A stretch of DNA of 64,000 nucleotides, taken from positions 3,744,001 through 3,808,000 of the forward strand of contig OZ242010.1 of the NCBI GenBank assembly GCA_965204745.1. The letters are read 5' to 3'. This document shows, in pieces, positions 41,277 through 52,100 of this stretch (position 1 is the first letter of the stretch; each line of letters starts with the position of its first letter). A program made the translations under genes and the position numbers. The notes beneath the pieces were generated by a model. That model did not search any database. It saw nothing but the letters and a program-made list of their open reading frames with translations, and had not been told where the DNA came from. The stretch is from Candidatus Latescibacterota bacterium. GTDB taxonomy: Bacteria > Latescibacterota > UBA2968.

Positions 41277-42461
41277 GGCGTTGTTGCATAAATAGCAATT
41301 TCCTGCAAGTTGGGATAGCAAAAAGACAGGCTCCTTCGTAGATTGGGCATATAGATCACCAAACACCACTCACCCTTTCTCACCAGGAACCTGTCATGCC
41401 CAAGATAACCGCTTCCCTGACCGCTGTCAAGTCCCCGCGTCGCCCGCGTCGCCCGCGCTGTGCGCCTGTCTATCGGGTCCGGAACTGGGCGGCCTACGAG
41501 GCCGGTCTCAAGCAGCGGGGCAGTCTGACGTTTTGGATTACGCCGCAAGCCCTTCGGGGGTGGTACCATCAAGGGCCAACGCAACGGGGGAGGCAAAACA
41601 CCTTTTCAGATTTGGCTATTCAAACGGCGTTGATGGTGCGCTTGGTCTCTGCCTTGCCCCTGCGTCAAACCGAGGGGTTTCTCACATCCATCCTGGCGTT
41701 GATGGGGGTGGCTTTGCGCGTGCCCGATCATACGACTCTCTGCCGGCGACAGGGCGATTTGAATGTGGATTTACCTGTCCAATCCCATCATGCGCCGATC
41801 CACTTAGTGGTGGATTCTACCGGCCTGAAAGTGTATGGCGAAGGCGAATGGAAGGTGCGTCAACACGGCTTTTGCAAACGCCGGACTTGGCGCAAATTGC
41901 ACATCGGCGTCGATGAGGCCACCGGGGAGCTTGTCGCACAGACCCTGACTTCGGCAAGCGTTGATGACGCTTCGCAGGTCAAACCCTTGCTCGATCAAGT
42001 CCTGGCCCCTGTGATATGATGGGCGCAGATGGCGGCTATGACAAACGCAAGGTCTTCAACCTCTTGGCTTCCCCCAAACAAGGAGCCCCCATCCGACCCC
42101 TGATTCCCCCGCGCCATGACGCGAAAATTGAACAACACGGAAACAGGAAGGCGCCCCGCCTCGCTCGCGATGAAATCATCCGAGCCATCCGGCGTCAAGG
42201 CCGCCGACAGTGGAAACGCACCCGTGGCTATCATCGTCGCTCGGTCGTTGAAACCCAACTATGCCGCTACAAACAACGCATTGGGCGGCAGTTGCGCGCA
42301 CGAAGTCAGGAGAACCAAGAAACGGAAGCGCGGTTGGGATGTGCGGTGCTCAATCGCATGATGAGGATCGCGAAACCCGTGTCCTATCCCAGAGAAAGAG
42401 GGGCTTAAATCTCGCGGGAAAGGGACGAACTTTGCCACGACAACATTTATGCAACAACGCC
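41277..42461 (+). mobile_element. IS5 family, IS903-group insertion sequence
   Basis: Perfect 17-bp terminal inverted repeats GGCGTTGTTGCATAAAT; 9-bp flanks actgacaac / actgactac. Confidence 0.93.
41396..42408 (+). pseudogene. IS903-type DDE transposase, frameshifted near 42012
   Basis: NWAAYEAGLKQRGSLTFW, VDSTG, WRKLH in one frame; ADGGYD, GYHRRSVVET in the next. Confidence 0.85.
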
Positions 42462-42500
42462 ACTGACTACTGACTACTGACTACTGACTACTGACTACTG
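42462..42500. repeat. Heptamer microsatellite (ACTGACT)x5.5; (ACTGACA)n on the other IS flank at 41247-41276
   Basis: Read directly from the sequence. Confidence 0.92.
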
Positions 42501-42509
42501 TCGTTACCC

Positions 42510-44318
42510 TCAAACCCGATCCGCAATCGCCCCCCGCGGTTTTGGGCGGTGGAGCGGGCACTCGGCGGGGCATGATCGCTTGCAGGGGTATTGGTCATCC
42601 AATGATGCCCAAGCGCACGCCAAGGCCCGATCCAAGGTGATGTGAAAGCGATCCCTGCCAATGGCGTGGAGCATGCCCGCACGGTCGAGCGCGTCTGCGA
42701 TCTGCTTTTTGGTCCGCGCAAATAGCACTTCCACGCCGGCCTCGTGTAGCCGTTGCACCACGCGAATGAGCATGTCCTCGCCCGTGGCGTCGATCTCGTT
42801 CATCCCCTCGGCATCCACAATTACATAGCGCAATTTGGGGTCGCCGATCCGATCTAAAATGGCGTCTTCAAACGCGCCTGCACTGCCGAAGTACAAAGAG
42901 CCGTCAAATCGCATGGTGGCGATGGCATCGCACAATTCCAAGTCGTGTTCTATCGCGTCTCGAAACGCGCCGTCCGGATGCCGGGCTAGAAAGGCCACGC
43001 GCGGTTTCATGGTGCGGTAGAGGTACAGGACGAGGGACAGGGTCGCGCCGATCAAAATGCCCTTGTCGAGGTGGGGCGCGAAAATGAGGGTCAGCGCGAA
43101 GGACGAGAGGGCCACGATGCCATCGTGCTTGTGAACCCGCCACGCGCGCACGATGGGTTTGACGTGTAGCAACCCGGCCACAGACACCATGACGATTGCC
43201 GCCAAGGTGGCCAAGGGCATGTGGTACAAGAGTTGCGTGAAGAACAGCAGTAGCAAGATGACCACCAGCCCGGCGATGACAGACGCAAATCCGGTTTGAC
43301 CGCCTGCGCGCAAGGTGACTGTGGATCGCACAAACGAGCCGGAAACCGGAAAGCTCTGAAAAAAGCTGCCCGCGATGTTGCTCAAGCCCTGCGCGAGCAA
43401 TTCCCGATTGGCGTCGATGCGCTGGCGCGTCTGTGCGGCGATGGCCTTGGCGATAGAGATGGTCTCCAAATAGCCGATGAGCGCGATGGTGATGGCCGCG
43501 CCAAACAGGGTCGGCACGATGCCCCAGTCCATGCTCGGCACGGCAAAAGTGGGCATGCCTTGGGGGATGTTGCCCACGACCTGGCCGCCGTAATTGCGTT
43601 CAAACCCGATGAGCCACGACACCCCGGTGGTGAGCAGGGCGACGATCAGCACATTGGGGATTTGCGGGTTGACGCGCCGCAGTGCGAATAACAACGCAAT
43701 CGCGGACGCGCCCATGATCAAAGTGGGCGTGTGAAAGCCCGCTGAAATCACGTCCCACATGCGGAGTACGCGCTCGTAATGCGCCCCCCCGCGTTCTGCG
43801 CTGACGCCGAATAATTTGTCGATTTGAGACGTGCCGATGATGATGGCCGCGGCATTGGTGAACCCGAGCACGACCGGATGCGCGAGAAAGTTCACCATCG
43901 CGCCCAAGCGCAACGCGCCCAGCCCAAATTGCAACACCCCGACCATCAGGGCCAACAAAATAGCGTAGGCGATATACGCTTCTTCGCCCACGGATAATTG
44001 CCCTAATTCAGAGGCGACCATCAAGGCGACGAGCGCGACCGGGCCCGTGGAGAGTTGGCGAGACGACCCGAACAGCGCGCTGACCATAATGGGCACAAAC
44101 GAGGCGTAAAAGCCGTAATAAGGCGGCATCTCGGCCAGTTGTGCATTGGCCATGGCCTGCGGGATCAACACCAGCGACAAGGTGATCCCCGCCATGATAT
44201 CCGCACGCAAAACGCGCCCATCTTTGAGTTCGCCAATCCAACCGAGAAATGGCAAATACCGCCCAAGTCCATGCTGTCGCACCATCGCATTTCCCCATCC
44301 GTGATTGAGATGAGCCAC
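42510..44318 (-). CDS. sulP: SulP/SLC26 anion transporter with STAS domain
   Basis: IPQAMA, FGSSRQLSTGP, ELLAQGLSN, SGSFVRS and a STAS IDATG motif. Confidence 0.92.
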   Translation of the reverse strand: MAHLNHGWGNAMVRQHGLGRYLPFLGWIGELKDGRVLRADIMAGITLSLVLIPQAMANAQLAEMPPYYGFYASFVPIMVSALFGSSRQLSTGPVALVALMVASELGQLSVGEEAYIAYAILLALMVGVLQFGLGALRLGAMVNFLAHPVVLGFTNAAAIIIGTSQIDKLFGVSAERGGAHYERVLRMWDVISAGFHTPTLIMGASAIALLFALRRVNPQIPNVLIVALLTTGVSWLIGFERNYGGQVVGNIPQGMPTFAVPSMDWGIVPTLFGAAITIALIGYLETISIAKAIAAQTRQRIDANRELLAQGLSNIAGSFFQSFPVSGSFVRSTVTLRAGGQTGFASVIAGLVVILLLLFFTQLLYHMPLATLAAIVMVSVAGLLHVKPIVRAWRVHKHDGIVALSSFALTLIFAPHLDKGILIGATLSLVLYLYRTMKPRVAFLARHPDGAFRDAIEHDLELCDAIATMRFDGSLYFGSAGAFEDAILDRIGDPKLRYVIVDAEGMNEIDATGEDMLIRVVQRLHEAGVEVLFARTKKQIADALDRAGMLHAIGRDRFHITLDRALACAWASLDDQYPCKRSCPAECPLHRPKPRGAIADRV

Positions 44319-44387
44319 CTTTTGTGCCTTTTGTGCCTTTTGTGGCTAAACTTCCCTCTTGCGTCTCCCCTCTTGTATCTTGGAAGT

Positions 44388-44585
44388 AAGGGTTAATTAG
44401 GAGTTGCGCCCTCGTATCGAGATAAGCCATCTTGATGCCCGGCTCGGGGAAGGCCGGCCCCTCTTGAAGGCGATGACCTTGTAGGTAAGATAGGCCCCCC
44501 GACCGCCGGGTCTATGCCGAAGAGTATCTAAGCCCCTTGAGGCTGCATATACAAGACCGGTAGACTTGGCGTCAATGGTCGGGAC
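44388..44585 (+). ncRNA. Predicted bridge RNA (target-binding and donor-binding loops)
   Basis: Guides at 44456-64 (LTG), 44483-89 (RTG), 44521-29 (LDG) and 44549-55 (RDG). Each pair flanks a short hairpin inside a closing stem. RNA ends are approximate. Confidence 0.8.
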
Positions 44586-44640
44586 GCGACCCCGAGCGCG
44601 CACCAGATCCCTTACAACCCCCTCATCACAGGAGGCCCCC

Positions 44641-45648
44641 ATGTCGAAATCTCACCCCGCTTTTGCCGGCATTGATGTCAGTGCCCGCACGTTGTCCGTT
44701 GCCCTGTCCAGACCCGGACAAGCTGTCATGCAAGCGACCTTTGCCAATGATCCCCAAGCGCATAAGCGGTTGCTGAAGTGGCTCACGAAGGGCGGGCACA
44801 TGGTCTCTGTGTGCCTCGAAGCGACCGGGCTTTACAGTTTGGGGGTGGCCTTGGCCTTGCATCGGCATCGCCACACAAAGGTCATGGTCGTCAATCCCAA
44901 AGCGATGAGCAAGTACGCCCAAGCCTGCATGCAACGGGCGAAGACGGATGCGAAGGATGCGTTGTTGATCCTCGACTATGCCGAGCGCATGCCTTTTGTG
45001 CCTTGGCAAGCGCCGAGCGAGCAACGGCTTCAACTGCAAGCCCTCACCAGACGCATTGACCAACTCAAGCAGGAGATCATCCGCGAACAGAGCCGCAACC
45101 ACGCGCAGAGCTACCACATCCGCAGCACACGTCTCATCGCACGCGATATTCAGGTGAATATTCGACACTTCAAACGCCGGATTGCATACTTGGAAAGCCA
45201 AGCCCTCGATCTCGTTTTGCACGATGAGCCCCTCAAGCGTGCCTACCAACGCCTCTGCTCGACGCCTGGCATCGCGCAAACGAGTGCCTTGCGGCTCTTG
45301 GCCGAGTTGACCCTTTTGCCAGAGGAGATGCAACCGCCCCAGTGGGTCGCACATGCAGGCCTGGATCCCAAACCCAAACAATCCGGAACCGCCAATCCAC
45401 AAAGACGCATCTCGAAAACCGGGAATAAGTACCTCCGCCATGCCCTCTATATGCCTGCCTGGGTGGCCATCAGACACGAAGGCCATGTCAAAGCCTTCTA
45501 TGACCAACTCATCGCCCGCGGCAAGAAACCTTTGCAGGCTATCGTTGCGGTGATGCGAAAGTTGCTCCATTCGATCTGGGGCATGTTGCGCCATGACCAA
45601 GATTTTGAGGGCGAAAAATTCTATCGAATCACCCCGAAAACCCCTTGA
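44641..45648 (+). CDS. IS110 family recombinase/transposase
   Basis: DEDD residues in GIDVS, LEATG and KTDAKD; catalytic Ser in PKQSG; GNKYLRHALY and AVMRKL motifs. Confidence 0.95.
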   Translation: MSKSHPAFAGIDVSARTLSVALSRPGQAVMQATFANDPQAHKRLLKWLTKGGHMVSVCLEATGLYSLGVALALHRHRHTKVMVVNPKAMSKYAQACMQRAKTDAKDALLILDYAERMPFVPWQAPSEQRLQLQALTRRIDQLKQEIIREQSRNHAQSYHIRSTRLIARDIQVNIRHFKRRIAYLESQALDLVLHDEPLKRAYQRLCSTPGIAQTSALRLLAELTLLPEEMQPPQWVAHAGLDPKPKQSGTANPQRRISKTGNKYLRHALYMPAWVAIRHEGHVKAFYDQLIARGKKPLQAIVAVMRKLLHSIWGMLRHDQDFEGEKFYRITPKTP

Positions 45649-45664
45649 CCTTTTAAGAGAGTAT

Positions 45665-45700
45665 CTTGCCTCTTGCCTCTTGCCTCTTGCCTCTTGCCTC
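45665..45700. repeat. Heptamer microsatellite (CTTGCCT)x5
   Basis: Directly abuts the IS110 right end. Confidence 0.92.
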
Positions 45701-45833
45701 GTTAATCTGCTCAACGCAACCAGAAAGTGCAAGGAGAAATCCGCCTCCCTTAAAAACGCTACACGGAACCTCAATTTGTGTTATATTGTAAGCGCGTTCG
45801 CATTTTGTAAAACCATTAAAATGGGAGGATTGT

Positions 45834-47372
45834 ATGTATGGTAGGTTTTTGCTGTTGGCCTTGCTGATAGGGTCGTTTTTGTTCGGTTCTGTGTTCACGC
45901 AGGAAGCGTCGGCAGGCGAGTCGCCAGAAGGAATTGAAGCACTTACAACGGCTTTGAATGAATATCTGGGCACTGTTGTCGGGTTTCTGGCAAATATTTT
46001 GTTTCAAGATTTTGGCACCAGTATTCCGCTCATTGTCGTTATCCTGTTTGGCGGCGGAGTCTATTACTCTTTTTATTTTCGCTGGATTTCCCTGCGCGGG
46101 TTCAAGCATTCGCTCGATGTGATTCGCGGACGGTATGATCACCCCGATCATCCCGGCGAAATTTCACACTTTAAGGCACTGACTAGCGCGTTGTCAGCAA
46201 CTGTGGGATTGGGAAATATCGCCGGAGTTGCAATCGCAATCAGTCTGGGTGGGCCTGGTGCTGTTTTTTGGATGATTATCACTGCATTTTTTGGCATGGC
46301 ATCAAAGCTGGCATCTTGCACGCTGGCCGTTATGCACAGGAAAATTCATCCAGATGGTCGGGTGTCAGGTGGGCCGATGTATTACTTAGAGCACGGTCTT
46401 TCAGAAAAAGGACTCAGGCCATTGGGTCGCACGCTGGCCGTGATTTTTGCCCTATTGACAATTGGCGGTTCTTTGGGTGGCGGCAATATGTTTCAGGCCA
46501 ACCAAACCCTTGAAATTCTCGGCACAGTGTCTGAAAGTTTTGTAACATATAATTGGGTGATGGGTATTATTATGGCGGTATTTGTAGCCATTGTCATCAT
46601 CGGCGGGATCAAGCGCATTGGCAATGTCACGTCGCGCATCGTGCCCGTTATGTGTGGCCTGTATGTTCTGACCTCAATCCTGATTATTTTTTGGCATATT
46701 ACAGAAGTTCCTGCTCTTATTGCTGGCATTATCATACAGGCATTCACGCCTGAAGCGATGTATGGCGGGTTTATTGGGGTGCTCGTAAATGGGGTTAAAC
46801 GGGCTGCATTTTCCAATGAAGCAGGGCTGGGGTCCGCGGCCTTTGCCCACGCGGCGGCCAAAACAGATGAACCCGCGCGCGAGGGGATGGTCGCCATGAT
46901 CGGGCCTTTTATCGACACCATTGTGATATGTTCGATGACCGCGCTGGTCTGCATGATCACAGGCGCGTATCAGCTTCCGGAGTTTCAAGGTCAATCAGAC
47001 TGGATTGTCGGGGCTAAAATGACGGCCGTTGCATTCGATTCCTTCATCCCAGGGGCGCGGTACGTGCTCGCAATTGCCGTGATGCTTTTTGCGTATTCCA
47101 CGATGATTTCTTGGTCCTATTACGGCGAGCGCGCATGGGAGTATTTGTTTGGGACGAATGCGACGCTCATCTATCGGATCATTTTTGTGTGCTTTGTATT
47201 TATCGGATCGGTCACTACGCTCAAAAATGTGCTTGATTTTTCTGACATGATGATCCTGGGCATGGCTTTCCCCAACATCATCGGCGGCATCATCCTAAGC
47301 CCGCAGATCAAAGCCACGCTCCAAGAATACTGGGCGCGGCTAAAATCCGGCGAGATGAAGACGTACAGATAA
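45834..47372 (+). CDS. Alanine/glycine:cation symporter (AGCS)
   Basis: ATVGLGNIAGVA, GGPGAVFWM, GGPMYY, FSNEAGLGS and FIDTIVIC motifs. Confidence 0.93.
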   Translation: MYGRFLLLALLIGSFLFGSVFTQEASAGESPEGIEALTTALNEYLGTVVGFLANILFQDFGTSIPLIVVILFGGGVYYSFYFRWISLRGFKHSLDVIRGRYDHPDHPGEISHFKALTSALSATVGLGNIAGVAIAISLGGPGAVFWMIITAFFGMASKLASCTLAVMHRKIHPDGRVSGGPMYYLEHGLSEKGLRPLGRTLAVIFALLTIGGSLGGGNMFQANQTLEILGTVSESFVTYNWVMGIIMAVFVAIVIIGGIKRIGNVTSRIVPVMCGLYVLTSILIIFWHITEVPALIAGIIIQAFTPEAMYGGFIGVLVNGVKRAAFSNEAGLGSAAFAHAAAKTDEPAREGMVAMIGPFIDTIVICSMTALVCMITGAYQLPEFQGQSDWIVGAKMTAVAFDSFIPGARYVLAIAVMLFAYSTMISWSYYGERAWEYLFGTNATLIYRIIFVCFVFIGSVTTLKNVLDFSDMMILGMAFPNIIGGIILSPQIKATLQEYWARLKSGEMKTYR

Positions 47373-47392
47373 TTCGCGTTGTTCGGCGAGAC

Positions 47393-47428
47393 AAAACGGG
47401 TTCCCCCTCAAAGGTGAACCCGTTTTTT
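47393..47428 (+). terminator. Intrinsic terminator
   Basis: aaaacgggttc..gaacccgtttttt. Confidence 0.7.
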
Positions 47429-47458
47429 ATGAAACAGCGATCAGCTGTGGTTTCTCTC

Positions 47459-48604
47459 ATGAATAATCCCACCCAAAACATCGCCATCATCGGCACGGGG
47501 ATTGTCGGGGCGTCTATCGCAGTTCACCTCGCACGGCGCGGCGCGAGCGTGCATGTGATCGATGCGGGGACGCCCGGCAAGCAACGGGCAATGGCGAGTC
47601 AACCGGCCACGTATGTCTCCTTTGCGTGGATGAATGCGCGAGACAAAGACCCGAGGCACTACCACCTGTTCAACCGACGGTCCCTCGACATGTGGCCGCG
47701 ATTTGTGCAACGGTTGGGCATCTCCCAAAGCGCGACCTGGGGCGGGGAATTGCGGTGGGCTTCTACAGAGGATGGGGCGCGAGAATTGGTCGCGCGCGTG
47801 GGCGTTTTGCAGTCGTGGGGCTATCCCATCCGCCTGTTGGACGCCGAGAAGATGAAAGCGCTGGCGCCAGGGTTGACCCCCGGCGTGGTCACAGCGGCCT
47901 CTTATACGGATGTGGATGGACACGCAGATACGGGCGCGGTGGTGGGCGCGTGTGTGAAACACTTGCAGGAATGGGGCGCGGACCTGTGGTTTGACACGCG
48001 CGTTGTGGGGCTGGCGCGCTCCGGGTCACGGATCGCGGCGGTTGTGACGGACAAAGGCGAGGTGCCCTGCGATGTGGTGGTGCTCGCAGGCGGCGCAGAT
48101 ACCGCGCATCTCGCGGCAATGGCCGGTTTGGATGTGCCCATGGATCACACGTATGGATGTACGATTTTGACCGATCCCGTGCCCCCGGTGTTCGAGACCG
48201 CGGCGGTGGTGCATTCCCCACGCGATTGCCCGCCGCAGACCAATATCCGGCAGTTGCCCAATGGCTCTGTGATGTTGCACGGCAGCGCGCACGGGCGCGT
48301 GTATGACGGCGGTTCACTGGGGCGGACGGATGGCGAAGTGCAGCGCGTTGTGGATGCGGTCACGCGATTTTTACCAGCCATTGCGGGCGTGCCTATAAGC
48401 GAGGTTCGGCGCGGGCGTCGCCCCATTCCAAAAGATGGCCTTCCCATTCTCGGCTTTTCCGAACGGGTGCCCAATTTGTACCTGTCCGTCACCCACAGCG
48501 GCGTGACCCTCGCGCCCATCATCGGCGAATGCGCGGTCATTGAAATTTTGGATGACGCTCGAATAGATTTCCTAACGCCCTATCGCCTCGCACGATTTGG
48601 ATGA
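47459..48604 (+). CDS. FAD-dependent oxidoreductase (DAO/glycine oxidase family)
   Basis: IIGTGIVG, RPIPKDGLP and HSGVTLAP motifs. Confidence 0.88.
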   Translation: MNNPTQNIAIIGTGIVGASIAVHLARRGASVHVIDAGTPGKQRAMASQPATYVSFAWMNARDKDPRHYHLFNRRSLDMWPRFVQRLGISQSATWGGELRWASTEDGARELVARVGVLQSWGYPIRLLDAEKMKALAPGLTPGVVTAASYTDVDGHADTGAVVGACVKHLQEWGADLWFDTRVVGLARSGSRIAAVVTDKGEVPCDVVVLAGGADTAHLAAMAGLDVPMDHTYGCTILTDPVPPVFETAAVVHSPRDCPPQTNIRQLPNGSVMLHGSAHGRVYDGGSLGRTDGEVQRVVDAVTRFLPAIAGVPISEVRRGRRPIPKDGLPILGFSERVPNLYLSVTHSGVTLAPIIGECAVIEILDDARIDFLTPYRLARFG

Positions 48605-48662
48605 AAGGCGTCTTGTCTTCGGATTTTGTGGCCGCTCACGCTTCAAAAGGAAAGATGGGATT

Positions 48663-49008
48663 TTAGGTTGTGTTGACATTTTATTATTTTCTGACGTTCC
48701 ACACAGATTAGCAAATGTGTTGCTTGCTCATTTAAGGCGTTTCCTTTGATGGCTTCTCGCTCTGGTTGCTCTGATGGCGTTGCGCGAGGGGACCTATCCC
48801 CCGGCCCCTTTCCTACGAGGAAAGGGGAGTAAAGCTCCTTTGATGGCTTATCTCAAGGGTTGCTCTGATGGCGTGGCGCGAGGGCATAAAGCGATTAAAT
48901 ATCCCTCATCAATACCCTCGCAAAACCTCTCGCCATTTCCCCTTCCTCGCAGGCACAGGCGTAGCCTACAACGAAGCGTAGCGAGTAACGGGGCTAGGGG
49001 GTAGGTCC
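48663..49008. repeat. ~340-bp composite repeat (IS5-type end plus REP-like palindromes); direct copy at 57171-57487
   Basis: Near-identical blocks from ttaggttgtgttgacattt to ggggtaggtcc. Confidence 0.88.
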
Positions 49009-49123
49009 AAAATTTTCTTGACAAGAAACGGCGTGGTACTTTAATTTTTTTCCACCATCGTTATTTGGCGCCCGCAGGCAAAAGCCATGCCTGTGCAACT
49101 CATTATATTTTCGGAGGTTTCAG

Positions 49124-52100
49124 ATGATTACCACCCTTTTCAGATCGCGCTTGTTGGCCCTGTTCATGCTGGTCGGACTGGTGGCATCGGGGCCGGCTTT
49201 TGCCCAAACCATCATCGACTACGACACCGACGACGACGGCTACATTGAGGTGTCCGGCCACGCCCAACTCAACGCCATTCGCAACGACCTCGACGGCGAC
49301 GGCAATCCCACAGTCGGCGGCTCCAGTGCCTACAACAACGTATTCCCCAACCGCGACGGCAACGCCGCCACGCGCATGGGCTACCCCTCAGGAAACTGCG
49401 TCGGCTACGAACTCACCGCCAACATCAACCTAACCACCTACACCAACTGGGATCCCATCGGCGACAACACCAACAACTACACAGGCGACTTCAAGGGCAA
49501 CGGCTACACTATCGACAACCTGACCATCAGCCGTTCCACCGAATCTTATGTGGGACTATTCGGCGCCTTCAGCTCCACCGCTCGCATCGAGTCCGTCGGC
49601 ATAACCAACGCCAACGTTACGGGAAGCGAATTCGCCGGCGCTCTGGTCGGCGGCTCTAACGGAGAAATCATCGCCTGCTGGTCCACCGGCAGCGTTACGG
49701 CAAGAAGGGTCGTTGGCGGACTGGTCGGATAGACTGGCAGCACTATCACCTCAAGCTACTCCCACGCATCCGCCACCGGAACCCAAGCATCAACGTCTGA
49801 TCACGTCGGCGGACTGCTGGGACAAGCCAAGGTGCCAACGTAAGGAACTCCTACTCCACCGGCAGGGTTACCCGCGCCACCGGTGCCACTACTACAAACG
49901 TCGGCGGGTTGATAGGAAGCGGCAGCTCGACCGACGCTCCCGGTAGTTACTGGGACACCCAAACCAGCGGGCAGGCAACAAGCGCCGGCAGTGCCACCGC
50001 GGTGGGACAAATGACCACCGCGCTCCAAAATCCCACCGGCTACACCGGCATCTACGCCAACTGGAACATCGACCTAGACAACGCCGACGGCGACAACAAC
50101 AGGACAACCGGCGTGGACGACCCCTGGGACTTCGGCGCCACAAACGCATATCCCACGCTGACATACGGACTCACCGACTACGATCTGGACAACGACGGCT
50201 ACATCGAGGTGTCCGGCCACGCCCAACTCAACGCCGTCCGCTACGACCTCAACGGCACTGGGGTCGTAGCCGCTACTGATACCGCGAACTACAACGCCGC
50301 CTTCCCCCTACGCATGACATCCGCCACAAAGCGCATGGGCTGCCCCAGAAGCGGTTGCACGGGCTATGAACTCACCGCCGATATAGACCTCGACACCAAC
50401 GGCGACGGCAACCACACCGCCGCCGACGCATACTACAACAGCGGCAACGGCTGGGATCCTTTAGGCGGCGACTCCGGCAACCGCAACCAGTACTCAGGCA
50501 ATTTCAAAGGCAACGGCTTCACCATAGACAACCTGGTCATCAATAGAACCGGCACCGACGACGTCGGTCTGTTCGGCGCAAATTCCAGTACATCCACCAT
50601 CGAGACATTGGGCGTAACCAACGCCAACGTCTCGGCGCGGGAATATGTCGGCATTCTGGTAGGCACCAGTTACGGAGCAATCATCGCCTGTTACACCACC
50701 GGCGCGGTGAGCGCCTCCGTAGCGGATGTCGGCGGGCTGATAGGCTTAATGAACAGATCCGCTACGTCCGTCACCTCTAGCTACTCCACCGCGTCCGTCA
50801 GCGGAGGCGCCAGTAATGGCGGCGGCCTAGTAGGGCGGGTCGTAAGCGGTAGCGTAACAAACTCATATTCCACCGGCAGCGTCACCACCACCGACACCCC
50901 AAGGGGCGGGTTAATTGGGCTGAGCAGCAGCGGCATCGTAACCGCAAGCTACTGGGACACCACAACTAGCGGCCGCTCCAACAGCGCAGCCGGAACGGGC
51001 TACGCCACCGCAGACCTCAAGGGCCCCACCGACTACACCGGCATCTACTCCACATGGAACGCCAACATCGACGGACAGCCGGGCAACGACGACCCGTGGT
51101 ACTTCGGTAGCCCCGGATGGTACCCGCTACTGAAGTACGGCGGGCATGACCTCGGAAAGCAGGACTCCGGCGAATACGACTACGATGACGACGGCTACAT
51201 CAACGTCTTCACCCTCGCTCAGCTCAACGCCATCCGCTACGACCTAGATGGCAACGGCGATCCCGCAAGCGGCGCTACCGCCTACAACGCCGCCTTCCCC
51301 TACCGCGACACCGCCGCCGGTAGCCGAATGGGTTGCCCGTCCGGCACCTGCACGGGCTACGAACTGCTCGCAAGCCTCGACTTCGACGAAAACGGCGATG
51401 GCGACATTACCCAAACCGGCGACCCCACATATTGGAACAGCGGCATGGGCTGGAATCCCATCGGAACTTTCTCCACCCCATACCAAGGCGATTTCAAGGG
51501 CAGCGGCCACACCATCAACAACCTGTTCATCAGCCGTGGCAACGTGAATACCATGCCTGCTACACCACGGGATCGGTCACCGGCACAGACCGCGTCGGCG
51601 GCATAGTTGGCTATCAAGGCCGAAACGCGGCGGTTATCAATTCCAGCTACTCCACCGCCGCCGTCAGCGGCAACAACTATGTCGGCGGGGTGTTGGGGCA
51701 AAAGTTCGGCAGTGTAACGAACTCATACTCCACCGGCCGAGTCAGCGGGTCCTCAAACGTCGGCGGGCTAATAGGATCCTCTAGTCAAGGCAGCACGACC
51801 AATAGCTACTGGGACACCTCCACCAGCCGCACAACCAGTAGCAGCGGTGGCGGCACGGGTAAGACGACCAGCGAGCTCCAAAGCCCCACCACCTACGGTG
51901 CCACCGCCAACGACACCTACTACGGCTGGGACGCCGACCTCGACGGACAATCCGGCAACGATGATCCGTGGACCTTTGGCGCGATGAATCAGTATCCGGT
52001 CTTGAAGTATGCTGGCATGGACACCACCGTGCAATTTCAGATCCAACCCGTGGTCGTGACGTTGGCACTGACGCCCTCGACGATCTCGGAAAGCGGCGGG

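Larger units (their letters stand above)
44374..45666 (+). mobile_element. IS110 family element (IS621-like bridge recombinase), intact
   Basis: CT core at both junctions (44372-73 and 45665-66), no terminal inverted repeats. Reconstituted donor AGAGTAT-CT-TGTAT resembles the IS621 donor. Confidence 0.9.

Noticed and set aside
42000-42030. Programmed frameshift in the IS5 transposase
   Set aside because: No slippery A-run at the junction, and IS903-group transposases are single ORFs.
41277-45666. Composite transposon carrying sulP
   Set aside because: The flanking elements belong to unrelated families (IS5 DDE and IS110), and each has its own complete ends.
45701-45833. Glycine riboswitch expected before the AGCS symporter
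   Set aside because: No aptamer motifs are visible.
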